NCBI GenBank assembly: GCA_963663405.2
Contig: CAXXSM010000076.1
Span: 96,001-160,000 of the forward strand
Source of the DNA: a bacterium
GTDB taxonomy: Bacteria > Hinthialibacterota > Hinthialibacteria > Hinthialibacterales > Hinthialibacteraceae
DNA length: 64,000 nucleotides
Direction of reading: 5' to 3'
Within the stretch, counting starts at the first letter, position 1, and each line of letters starts with the position of its first letter. This document shows, piece after piece, positions 29,746 to 40,450 of this stretch. The notes beneath the pieces are model-generated. The model was given only the letters and a program-made list of their open reading frames with translations, was not told where the DNA came from and did no database searches. The position numbers were made by a program, and so were the translations under genes.

Positions 29746-31215
29746 ATGAGAAATTGCGCGATACTGAATCCTACACGTATTCTTCAAGGTTCTTTTATCC
29801 TATTCATTGTTCTATTTCATTTTGTGGATGCTTCTTGTATTGAATACACAGTGAAGCAAGATGGGACGGGTGATTTCACAACGGTTCAAGAGGCGCTGGA
29901 CGCCGCGTCTTCTGGCGATGTTGTGACCGTGTCCGGCGGTTCATATGTTGAAGATGTGAGTATTGGACATTTCAACGTTCCTTCATTGAAAAAAGATAAT
30001 ATTACTTTCCGCGCCGCCGAGGGAGAAACCGTCGAAATTATTGCGGCCAACACCAAAAACCGGGCGGGTGGATTGACACAAGCTGGATTCGATCCAGGCC
30101 CCGCCGACCGCGCCGGCTTTGTTTTGAATGGAGATAACGCTCTCATTGAAGGAATCAGATTCATCCAACCTTCCGCTGAGTTGAATAATATCGATCAAGC
30201 CTTGGCGGTTATCGTTGGCAGTTCCAATGTCACATTCCGGAATTGTGAAATTGTGGGACCTTCCCCTGATGACGGCCCCGCCTCGAATACGGAAGGGGAT
30301 TTGGTTGGATTGGCCATTTCCCCGATCGACGTATTCGCGCTGAGTCAAGGAACGGGTGTACCTCCAACGAATCTGACTATGGAAAACTGCCGGTTCCATC
30401 ATGTTGAATTCGGATTCGGTACCGAAGATATGTTGAAAACGGGTTTGCCGCCTGAGACAACCTTGCGGAATTGTGAATTTTATTACAACCGCAATGGAGT
30501 TGAAGTGAATGATGGAACTGTCCATCTGTTTGATTGTAATATCCATGACAATAGCGTCGGCGTTCAGGCCGCTGATGACCAGGCGTTTCTCACCAATTGT
30601 GTCATTTGGAATAATGGAAGACATGGCGTGCAGCTGGATGAAGGGGAGATTGATGCGGTTGAATCCGCTCAGAATCCAACCGTAGTTATCGATCAGTGTG
30701 AAATCAGAGACAATGGCCTGGATAATGAAGGCGCCGGAATCCAGATGGAACTCGGTACGCTGACAGTGAAAAACACGGTTCTCTCGAATAACGTGAACGG
30801 CCAAGTGTTTATCTCTTCCTCCAATAAAGGAGACTCGACGGTAACGATCGATCATTGTGATCTCTATGAATCGATTATGGGATTCGCTATCGCGACTACG
30901 GAAGATCTGATTAGTTTAGCTGATATCACGATTACTAATTCCATTCTTGTTGATGAAATCGGCGTCATGAATAATATGGGAGTGTTAGCGGAATTTACCG
31001 TAGAGTATTGTGATTTCTTCGTGACTGACGAGCCATTTGTTGGCGCATCCATCGTTTCGAATACTATTCTAAACATAGCGCCTGGATACGTTGATGCGGA
31101 GAGTGGAGATTTTTACCTTACGCCGGATTCCCCACTGACTACGGCCGCGCAGGATGGGGAGTACATTGGATCGAAAGGCGTTAAAACGCCAGTGGTGAAT
31201 TGGATGGTTCACTAA
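29746..31215 (+). CDS. Secreted right-handed parallel beta-helix (pectin lyase-like) protein with C-terminal W-motif
   Basis: YTVKQDGTGDFTTVQEALDAA N-cap, repeated .NC.I..N rungs, DFYLTPDSP...IGS. Ends KTPVVNWMVH. Confidence 0.85.
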   Translation: MRNCAILNPTRILQGSFILFIVLFHFVDASCIEYTVKQDGTGDFTTVQEALDAASSGDVVTVSGGSYVEDVSIGHFNVPSLKKDNITFRAAEGETVEIIAANTKNRAGGLTQAGFDPGPADRAGFVLNGDNALIEGIRFIQPSAELNNIDQALAVIVGSSNVTFRNCEIVGPSPDDGPASNTEGDLVGLAISPIDVFALSQGTGVPPTNLTMENCRFHHVEFGFGTEDMLKTGLPPETTLRNCEFYYNRNGVEVNDGTVHLFDCNIHDNSVGVQAADDQAFLTNCVIWNNGRHGVQLDEGEIDAVESAQNPTVVIDQCEIRDNGLDNEGAGIQMELGTLTVKNTVLSNNVNGQVFISSSNKGDSTVTIDHCDLYESIMGFAIATTEDLISLADITITNSILVDEIGVMNNMGVLAEFTVEYCDFFVTDEPFVGASIVSNTILNIAPGYVDAESGDFYLTPDSPLTTAAQDGEYIGSKGVKTPVVNWMVH

Positions 31216-31221
31216 GAGGAC

Positions 31222-31248
31222 AGTGGATCGCGTTTTAATGATCCACTT
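31222..31248. terminator. Hairpin after the beta-helix gene (possible terminator)
   Basis: AGTGGATC...GATCCACT followed by TTATAT. A second hairpin lies at ~31275-31308. Confidence 0.4.
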
Positions 31249-31330
31249 TATATATTGATCGCTCCCGGTGGGTCAATAAAGCGCGGTCTGCCCTACCGCG
31301 GCTTATTTGCGCGTTTGAATCTCAATCATT

Positions 31331-31801
31331 TCATGTGTGAAACAAGGATTGGAGGCGCGTAGGGATGAAATGGGCGAGCATGGAGCGGCGTTTTTCGCGG
31401 CGTTCTGTCGATCCATCCAAGATTGATTCCACTGCTTGCGCCATTGTTTCTATACTGATTGGCCGATGGAGCGCCGTGGGGACATTGTATCGTTTTAATC
31501 GATTCATCTCCTCTTGTGTGATCGAGGAGTAGATCGACAGAATCCTCGAATATTGAAAGATTCCTTTCAGCAGCCAAAGTATATAACTGGGAGAAGAGAC
31601 AGTATCGCTCTGTCCCAAAATGCAGAGATCATAGTTTTTGTACCGCGCGTGGTTCCATAAATCCAGATCATCACTTGCCGTTATAATTGTACCGTTCTGA
31701 TTGGATACAATCCGTTTCAACAATGTAAGTTCTTCTGGCAGTAATCCAATAGATAGAATGCGCAACGCCTGCTCATCCTCATGAGGCATCTTCATATTCA
31801 C
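31331..31801 (-). CDS. Degenerate response-regulator receiver-like protein
   Basis: Receiver topology (RILSIG..YDLCILG..ALHRPIS.E.MA.AVE.IL) without the acidic pocket. GGAGGTG SD. Confidence 0.6.
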   Translation of the reverse strand: MNMKMPHEDEQALRILSIGLLPEELTLLKRIVSNQNGTIITASDDLDLWNHARYKNYDLCILGQSDTVSSPSYILWLLKGIFQYSRILSIYSSITQEEMNRLKRYNVPTALHRPISIETMAQAVESILDGSTERREKRRSMLAHFIPTRLQSLFHT

Positions 31802-31937
31802 CTCCGTGAGTATACGATTCTCTCAATCACGTATTCAAATGGAGCGCGGCGCCAGCGTCCATTCTTTACTGAATTAGTAGCACAATTTTATTGGATTGTC
31901 ATTTCAGGAAAGGAAAATGTTGGAAACGGATGTGGTA

Positions 31938-32885
31938 TTATAGAAACCTCAATCCTTCTTCCTTGCCCACAGAGCGGATATGTTGGGCTGCTTGGTTATA
32001 TTCTTCGGCTGTGCTTAAGTGTTCCAGCATCAAGGGAACGCCATCTAGTTTGCTCAATTCTTTTAAGTATACGCCATAATCGAGATAGCCCAGACCAGGA
32101 CGAATTTCATCCAGGTGAACGGTGAGTTGCTGACGCATAATGATGTCTTTCGCATGGCAGCTTTTTAAATAGGGACCAAGTTTCATAAAACACTCGCGGA
32201 TCAGCGCGGCGTTGCTGTAATACCGGCGTGGGCTGTTGACGATGTTGACGGGATCGAGGTGGGCTGCGCAGGCTTTGCGGTCTATGGCGTGAATCAGGCG
32301 AAGATAGGAATCGGGGGAATCGGGAAAAGCGTATGGCATCGTCTCTAACGCGTAAACCGTGCGTTTCGGTTCTACGGCGTCAATGATTTCACGGACCGAC
32401 TCAACGATTTTGTCGAAGGTCTCTTGGCTTAGATTATCTGGATGATGCCCATCCCACTTTTCTCCAACCGAGCCGCTGATGTTGACGCAGCATTCCGCGC
32501 CGATCCGGTCCGCGAGATCCAATTGTTCTTTGCATTTTTTCAGCGCGGCGTTTCGTTTTGTTTCATCGGGATCGAGGGGATTACTCCAGGCTCCCACTTC
32601 GGCGATGATGATATTGGCTTCTTTGGCGGCTTTGGCGTAGGCTTGGACGATGTCATCGCTTTGCTGAGCGTTGACGGGGCAGTACGCCGCGCTGTAGCCC
32701 AGGCGTTTCATGATCGCCACCCATTCGTCCGGTGAGTTATATTTTTCCATCGGCGGCCCTCCCAGCCGGATGGGATTGGCCTGGGCGGCCATGGCGCGCC
32801 GATGAGACGATGCGGTAAATAGAGTGGCGCCGAGTATGGATAATTTTGCGAAACGGCGTCTTGATACGGATTTTTCTTGACTCAC
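31938..32885 (-). CDS. Tat-exported sugar phosphate isomerase/epimerase
   Basis: SRRRFAK Tat motif. YALETMP, HLDPVN, CHAKD and LMLEH motifs. Confidence 0.88.
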   Translation of the reverse strand: MSQEKSVSRRRFAKLSILGATLFTASSHRRAMAAQANPIRLGGPPMEKYNSPDEWVAIMKRLGYSAAYCPVNAQQSDDIVQAYAKAAKEANIIIAEVGAWSNPLDPDETKRNAALKKCKEQLDLADRIGAECCVNISGSVGEKWDGHHPDNLSQETFDKIVESVREIIDAVEPKRTVYALETMPYAFPDSPDSYLRLIHAIDRKACAAHLDPVNIVNSPRRYYSNAALIRECFMKLGPYLKSCHAKDIIMRQQLTVHLDEIRPGLGYLDYGVYLKELSKLDGVPLMLEHLSTAEEYNQAAQHIRSVGKEEGLRFL

Positions 32886-32918
32886 GATCGTGTATCCTTT
32901 CGTTTATGATAATTGAGT

Positions 32919-33830
32919 TTACATACGCTGACAGTATTCTTTCCATACCTTCAGTGAGCGTTCCATTTTGCCTGTGATGTCTCCTTCGAAACCATATCCT
33001 TGGAAACCGAATGGGCCTGTATATCCAAGGCGGATGAAGGTTCTGACGAAGGCTTCAGTGTCGTAGTCTCCTTCGCCGAGAGGCAGGATGCCATCCGTCA
33101 CCTTTAATTCCGAGGCGTTTTGGAGGGAACCGTTAATTGTGACGCAATTCAATTTCGGGAGCGCGAGTTTTGCTTTCTTCTCCAGGTCTTTGGGGCCTTC
33201 CACATACAGCCAGTGGAAGAGATTGAACGTGCATCCCAGATTTTCCCGGTCCACGTGAAGCGCCAGGCGCAGCGCGTCTCCTATTCGTTCCGCCCAGAAA
33301 TTGCAATGGGGGTAGATTGAGATCCGTAGCCCATTTTCCTTGCCGAGATCCGCCGCTTCCCGGAGAATGGGGATCGCCAGTCTGTCTCCCGCGGGATCGG
33401 AGGATTTGTATTTCCGGCTTATTAGTGAGATCCAAAGGATCGCCCCGCTGCCTTTTAACAATCCAATCAGGTCTTTGATCCATTGGGGGAGGATTCCCGC
33501 ATCGATCTCGATTGTGGAATAGACCGTGATTAGATCGATCCCTTTCCGCTTCATTGTTCGCAATGACTCCGGGAATTCTTTAAAACGTTTCTCGTCATTT
33601 CCAATGGTATAGTCATAGCGGGGATTCCCGATGCGTTGAAGCCAATCGGCGATTTGCGCGGCGCTTAAATCGCTTTTGAAGAATCCAGCGCTCATGATAA
33701 AAAAGCGGTCACAGAGGGGAACGACTGTTTCTTTGGCTTTGGACGCTGGCGGCGCCCAGACGGTAGCGGCGAGTCCCGATCCAGCGAGCAGCGATGTTCG
33801 CAAAAATTGACGGCGCGGTTGTTGATTCAT
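32919..33830 (-). CDS. Tat-exported xylose-isomerase-like TIM barrel protein
   Basis: PRRQFLR Tat motif. IYPHC, TFNLFHW, LPLGEGDYD and GYTGPFGFQ. Confidence 0.82.
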   Translation of the reverse strand: MNQQPRRQFLRTSLLAGSGLAATVWAPPASKAKETVVPLCDRFFIMSAGFFKSDLSAAQIADWLQRIGNPRYDYTIGNDEKRFKEFPESLRTMKRKGIDLITVYSTIEIDAGILPQWIKDLIGLLKGSGAILWISLISRKYKSSDPAGDRLAIPILREAADLGKENGLRISIYPHCNFWAERIGDALRLALHVDRENLGCTFNLFHWLYVEGPKDLEKKAKLALPKLNCVTINGSLQNASELKVTDGILPLGEGDYDTEAFVRTFIRLGYTGPFGFQGYGFEGDITGKMERSLKVWKEYCQRM

Positions 33831-34009
33831 TGGATTCGATCTCCCTGTTTTTTGTCGATTGCCTTGTTCATAATGACTCAATATACCATAGGAAAAACGA
33901 GAAAAACAATAGCTGGAATCGATCGATGTTTTTTCCTTGCTTTTCACACAACCTTTTTTGATCGTTCACCGTTAAAATAGTAATGCGATTGAGTCTGGTG
34001 GAGGTATTC

Positions 34010-35818
34010 ATGATGAAATGTATTGTGGTAGTCCTATTATTGTTTTCTGTTGCGGGTATGGGATGGTTTGTTGATCCTCCCAGCGTGAACGCGGCGGAAG
34101 AACCGGCGGGAACGGAGGAATTCCAAGACGATCCAGCCGCGCATGCGCTCTATGACAAGATGGTGGAAGCGATGCGGAGCGCCGAGAGCCTCTATATTGA
34201 AAGTGAGTATCAAGATGAGGCGAAAGGCGAGGTATACAGCTCAGGCATGTATAAAATCTGGTTGAAAAAGCCGAATTACTTCCGGATGGAGGTATTCCCT
34301 GGTGGGGATACTTCGCCGAAGGGAATTCTCGTTGGAGACGGAGAAAATTTGTGGATTTATTGGCCGAATGGGAAACCCCGCTATGGTTGGGAATCTAAAG
34401 GAGAACGCGCCGAACTATATGAAAAACATAAAAACACCTTCTATATGACGAAATACTGCGCCAATGGAATGCACTCCATCAGTCACGAAGCGTGCTGGCT
34501 GGGTATGGGGATGACGGTTCTCGATCCGAGCACGTTTCACGGTTATACCGATTCCCTCCAAGATTACATCGATGGAGTCCAAAGCATGGGAACGGAAACC
34601 GTTGGGGGGGAGGAATGCGAGATTATTGAAGTCAGCATCATGAAACACCAGCGCAGCTGGATTTTATGGATCGCGAAGAAAGATACTCTCCCCCGTAAAT
34701 TGAAGCAGATTGTCCGCGTCAGCTACGATATTATCATGCACGAACAGTGGACAACGCTGAAGATCAATTCCGAAATGGACAATCAATTATTTGTCTGGAA
34801 ACCGGGGGAGGATTGGCTCGAGTGGAAGAAGCCTCCGATCGAAGAAGGACTGCTCAAAAAGGGTACGATGTTTCCTGATTTCGATCTCGCTTCGATTGAT
34901 GGGGGGCGGATCCGGTTGTCTGACTATAAGGGGAAGATCATTTGGTTCTATATCTTCCGCGCTGGTTGACCGGCGTGCCGTGAGGAGATAGGGAGTCTCC
35001 AAAAAATATATCAAACTTATAAGAAAAAAGATTTTGTCGTTCTAGGATTCAACCGGTCGGATAGTAAACAAGTGGCGGATCAATTTCTCATGGAAAACGG
35101 CGCGACGTTTCCAACGATCCTCGACACATCCGATGATGCAATGAAACTCTCAGGCGAAATGGAATCGATTGGCATGAGCGCCGTTCCATTGACGTACATC
35201 ATCGGTAAAGACGGCCGGATTATCGACGCGTGGTATGGGTACCGAGGGAATAACGAGTCCACCGTTGTTGATTTTTTTAGTAAGGATGTGACGCTCAAGG
35301 GGAACATTCAATTCGTGGATGATGAGTATACGGTTCCGCTTCGCGGGGAGTGGGAATTCGCTGAGGATATGATCCAACAGAACGATCCGAACGCGAATCC
35401 GGCTTCGTTGATCTTTCAACCCGTGATTGAAAAAGGTGATTTCGTCTGCAAAGCCCGGATCGACGATGGAACCGGGGGCATCCGGATTCTGTTGAATTAT
35501 CAAAAACCGACGAACTATTTTGTGTGGAATATCGGCGGGGAAGAGAACTCGACCATCTCGCTCGAACAGTGGAACACGCTCGATGGGGATTATTCGATCT
35601 ACATCGTTCTAAACGATCTCGAAGATTTTACGTTTGAGCGTGGAATGTGGCACTCGATCCGTGTAACCGTTGATGTCAAGGGACGGATGATTGAAGGATA
35701 TATCGACGGTCAGAAATTGCTTGAATTTAAAACGAAATATTTAAAACCGAGTCAATTTGGATTGGGCACATGGCAGACAAACGCTGCGTTTAAAGCGGTT
35801 GAGATGAATGTTTATTAG
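34010..35818 (+). CDS. Exported LolA-like + TlpA-type redoxin (UxxC) + jelly-roll fusion, probable selenoprotein with UGA readthrough at 34967-34969
   Basis: ORFs 33983-34969 and 35072-35818 are in frame and joined with no other stop: PDFDLASIDGGRIRLSDYKGKIIWFYIFRAG-U-PACREEIGSLQKIYQTYKKKDFVVLGFN...VPLTYIIGKDGRI. Confidence 0.85.
34984..35000 (+). promoter_or_regulatory. Candidate bacterial SECIS hairpin
   Basis: GGAGAT-AGGGA-GTCTCC stem-loop with a G-rich loop, 14 nt after the in-frame UGA. Confidence 0.6.
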
Positions 35819-35834
35819 GGCTCAATTTTATTCT

Positions 35835-38800
35835 TCACCAATACCGTTTTCGTAATGTTACTTTTTTATAGTCTTTGTTTATATCAAAGAGTTCTTGGAG
35901 TGGTTTGAGATAGGGGCTTTCGGCGGGGGATTCATTGTTGATGGTTTCAATTGTTATGGTGTTTACCGGCGTGAAGGCCCGTTCGAGCATATCTTTGAAA
36001 AGTGAGTAATATTCAGGCAAATGAGAATCGTTGGGAGTTACTTTGATATCTAGATCTTTGCCATTGCGGCGGGAGATCATGACAAGTTGTTTACCGTGGT
36101 AGACAAGATGATTTGCGGGACGCCGTTCGGGTAGATTGTATTCGAGGCCCTCTACTGATACGCCGCAGAGGGATGCGGGATCGTTGGCGTTGATCCAAAA
36201 AATCGATTCCTCCGAAAGCCCGTTTTGCAGCGCGCGCAGGGCGGTGGATGAGATGAACTGCAAACCGGGAATTCCTTCAAAGAAACATCCCGCCATGATT
36301 TCTCCTGAAAGTTCCATCAGCCGCAGCGCTTTGAATAATGCGCCCCAGCGCAGCGCGGGCCGTTCGCGTATTAGCAATGTCCGGAAAAGAATCCCATATC
36401 GATCCAATAATAGCCGTACGCGGTCTTTCAGGCGTTCAAGTTCTTCTACGGCGTCCTGCGCGGGAGTGGGTGGATCGAGAACATACCAGTTGCCTGCGAA
36501 GGGCCGTGACATCTTCCAGCGGCTGAACGCTGCGCGGCGCCCGCCTCCATTGATTTGAGATAAATCGCTGGCCTGAAATTGATTCTCCACTCCTTTACGT
36601 AATGATCCAAACGAATCGTTGGTTACTTTTCCCTGCCAGACCAAATCCCATAACGCGTTGGTCAGGCTCGCGGAATCCAGGTTTGTGTGATTCAGCAATT
36701 GTGAGAAATCATACTTGCCTTTAGGATCGGGAAAGATCGTTTCTAAAGAGATTGAATTATTCGTTTCTTGTGTATTGATTTTTCCAGCAGGATCATTTTT
36801 GTTCCCACCGTTCTCTTCGATAAATAAATCCAATTGATCGTGGAAGCCGATGGTGACTTTCTCTTTTCCGCAGCCAATCCAGGCGAGATTGGTTTCCTGC
36901 ATGAGCGTGTCCATCGATGATGTGGAATAGGCGTTTATCCGGGCGGGGAGGAATTCACGTTCCCAAAGTTCTGGACTTGCTGGATAGGCGAAGAGTTTTT
37001 CGAGAGCGTATTGCAGGTGTTCCAGCGTATCTCCTTTTCGGGCGATTCCTTGATGAGACGCCAGGAAGAGTGGCAGCGCTTCGGGGGGGGAGTGGATCGA
37101 AATGGGGGATCGCTTCTTTCCTGGTGAGACGGAGTAGGATTTCCAAATTCTCGCTATCACATATTTCCTCTTCTGTACAACCGGCGCTGATCGAGCCGAT
37201 GACAACCCGTTCTGTTTCTACAAGTGTATCCAGCGCGGTGTTTAGACTGGATTCGGAGATCCCTAATGTTTCGAGAATGTAAGTTTTTGTAACTGGTCCG
37301 TAATATTGCAGCCATTGCCCCAGCCAATCGGCGAAGGGATCGCTGTCTTCTGAAACTGTTTCGTAGGGAGGTAGAGAACTTACAATTTCATTTATTGGCA
37401 GTTCTCTTTGATTGATTAGTGAATTGATTGATATCTGCGAACGGTCTATCTGTAGAGATGTAATGAACCGCGGAAGTTTTTCTAATGCGGTAATAGAAGC
37501 CGGCGTGTTTGCGGACCATCTGATCCACGCTATTTTCGTGTCTAATGTTTGTATTGTCTCACTGGGTTGGATTGAATGGTCTTTTTCTATCGCTTGAAGA
37601 AGGGCGATCCATTCGGCGCGTGGTATTAACAGGCGTTCTTTGATCCAATCCAATAGATCCACTGTCGTTCGTGGAGAGTAGCCGGGAAAAGTACGCTTTG
37701 CTTTCTGTTCAAAACGCTCGATCAATTCCCGCGCAATCTCCGGCCGTAAATCTTGTGAAAAAACCGCCTGTTTGATTAGATCATCGCGTAAATTCGAAAC
37801 GGCGCCGGCGGGAGAGTCTTCTTTATACATGAGCTGGTTGGTCTGCCGCCATAGAAGCCCTTCGGTGAAGGGGGAGGGAACATGGGTTGCGACTTCCGTG
37901 ATGGTGATTTCGCCTATGTGGATTTCATCCAATAGTTTTTTCAGTGTATTCAGGTCAAACTCATCCCGCAGACACCCACGCCATGTTTCCATGAGAATGG
38001 GGAAATCTTCATATTGAGTAATTGTGTCCAGAAGTTTTTTTTGAACGCATCCTATTCAGCCAAAGGGGCGTCCGCCGGTCGAAGGAATCGCGGGGTAAGA
38101 GCAGCGCCCGCGCGGCGTTTTCGCGAAACCGGGCTCCAAAAAAACCGCTTCGTTCCAATTTCTGTCGCAGCAACGATTCTATATCTTCCGCGCGTAGAGA
38201 AAGGAGGAATTCTTTAACAGGGAAATCATAAGGCGGAATGATCGCGATGGCGTCGTTGTGAGGCAGAATTTTTAGCTCGCTTCGATTTGTGTTTTCCCAT
38301 AAGGCGGAGAGCGCCAGCGCAAAAGGATAATTGACTTTCCCGCCCCATAATGTATGCAGAATCACCTGTGAACAGTTCTTATCACCGCCGGGAAACTGGG
38401 TGTATTCCACCAGCAAATTATGGCGATGTGGCAGCCCAGTTCCAGATGCTTTTTTTTGTTTTCGTAAAAAGAGAATCAGCGATCTTGCCGCTGTCTCTTC
38501 CATGCAATAGTCATGAATTAGTGTTTTTTCGAATCCAGAATCTTGAAGATTACTATCCGCTGTTTCGAGAAAGAGACTGATCTTTTCCGCAAGGTGGAAA
38601 TCGCGGTTGATCTCTTCCGCGATCCAAAACGGCGCTCCTTCTGTGGTTCCATCACTCAGCGCCGCGATGACGTCGTTGTGGGTGATCTGGTGGATTTTCC
38701 AATTTTGCGCGCCGAATGTGAACACATCACCTGGTTTATGTTCCCAGACAAATTCTTCGTCCAGTTCTCCAACCTTGGTTCCTGTGTCCCGGCGCCGCAG

Positions 38801-40329
38801 TATGAAATAGCCCCGGTCAGGGATCGTTCCACCGGATTGATAGACAAGGCGAAGCGTTTTTTCTTTGGCGCGAATGGTGTTGTCGATACGGTCGATGGAG
38901 ACGAGTGGTTGTAATGCGCGGTTCCGGCTTCCGGCGTAATGGCCGCTCAACATTTTAAGGACAAGATCGTATTCCACGCGGCTCAATTCGTGGTAGGGAT
39001 AACTGGTTTGGAGAAAATGATAGAGCGCGTCGATGTCCCATATTTCAACGCCGGTCATTGCGGCGATCACCTGAGCGAGCACATCCAGCGGGGATTGAAT
39101 CGTATGTCCGCTTTCGATTTCCCGATCGAGAACACAGCGTCCGATTGCGGCGGCTTCCAATAGATCGCGTCCATGAGTGGGGAAGAAGAGACCTTTGCTG
39201 ACCTCTCCAACGCGATGCCCGGCGCGGCCGATTCGCTGCAGGGCCGCTGATATTGACATGGGGGATTGGATCAAAATCACTTCATCCAATGCGCCGACAT
39301 CGATCCCCAATTCCAACGATCCCGTAGCGATGATCGCGGATAAATTTCCATTTTTCAAACGCTCTTCAACAATGCGCCGGGTTTCGAGGGAGAGGGAACC
39401 ATGATGCGGGTAAGCGATCAGTTGTTCTTCATCCTGATTGATGAGTAGAGCGATCTGTTCGCAGAGACAGCGGTTGTTGGCGAATAGAAGCGTAGAGCGA
39501 TTTTCGCGATGATCTCTTTTAATTGTTTGACCAGTGGCGGCCAGAAGTCCGTTTCTTCTAGATTCTCTCTTGGTTTGACGGGGAAATGGACGCGGATTTC
39601 GTAATCCTTGGATTGTTCGGAGCGGATAATTCGAACATCCCGCTTTTTATATTTCACATGTCCACCGTGTTCTTCAATCTGATACCCGCCAATGAAATCG
39701 GCTACTTCTTCAAGAGGTTTGACGGTAGCGGATAGGGCGATGCGTTGAAATTCTCCCGCCAGAAGAACGAGCCGGTCAACGGCGGTGATGAGATGGGTTC
39801 CGCGTTTTGTACGGGCGACCGCGTGGATCTCATCGAGGATGACGCATTCGATCTGTGTCAAGATCCTGCGTCCCCGCATGGAACTAATCAACAGGTTTAA
39901 ACTTTCCGGTGTGGTGATCAATATTTCCGGGGGATGACGCAGCATTCTCTCGCGTTCGCTGCGGGTCGTGTCACCGCTGCGGGTGAGAACGTTGATTTCT
40001 GGAAACGGAACGCCTGCGCGCTGGAAGTATTCGCGGATTTGCGTTAGGGGTTCGAGAAGGTTTCGTAAAATATCATTGTTGAGGGCTTTGAGCGGGGATA
40101 CGTATAGAATTCGGGTATGTCCGCGCGCCCATTGTTGTGTAACCAGACGATCGATCGCCCAGAGAAATGCCGTGAGTGTTTTGCCGCTGCCCGTCGGCGC
40201 GGTGATGAGCAGGTGTTCTCCACGCGCGATCGGCGGCCATGAGCGTTTTTGCACGTCGGTTGGAACGCCAATTTGTTCCGTAAACCAGTTTTGAATGATG
40301 GGATGAAAGAGTGATAGCGGATTCCCCAT
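35835..40329 (-). CDS. lhr: Lhr-family ATP-dependent DEAD/H helicase, split by three homopolymer frameshifts (likely sequencing errors)
   Basis: APTGSGKT, YVSPLKALNND, TTPESL, DEIH, LSAT, HHGSLS, SLELGIDVG, QRIGRAGH, ANDPA. Indels at ~39502 (A-run), ~38038 (8 T) and ~37086 (8 G). Confidence 0.9.
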
Positions 40330-40450
40330 GTTTGTACCTAGGCGCCGTTCGGTTGACTTTCCGTATGATGTATCGTATGAATGGATTTGTAAACCGTTTT
40401 ATAACCATGAAGACGGGCGTAATCCAACGATAGAAAGGATGACTCTTATC

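Larger units (their letters stand above)
27757..29930 (+). repeat. Tandem duplication, unit ~1.1 kb (pilin gene + spacer + 5' end of the beta-helix gene)
   Basis: The pilin stops (28486/29585) and downstream ATGs (28647/29746) are both offset by 1099 nt. Upstream and spacer sequences align. Confidence 0.9.

Noticed and set aside
29983-30855. Long antisense ORFs (290 aa here, also 22159-22848, 40700-41398, 45475-46101, 11462-12175)
   Set aside because: Each fully overlaps a well-supported gene on the other strand and has no recognisable motifs.
31808-31822. GAGTATACGATTCTC as another LacI operator
   Set aside because: Only half matches the TATACGTATA consensus, occurs once, and is far from the LacI cluster.
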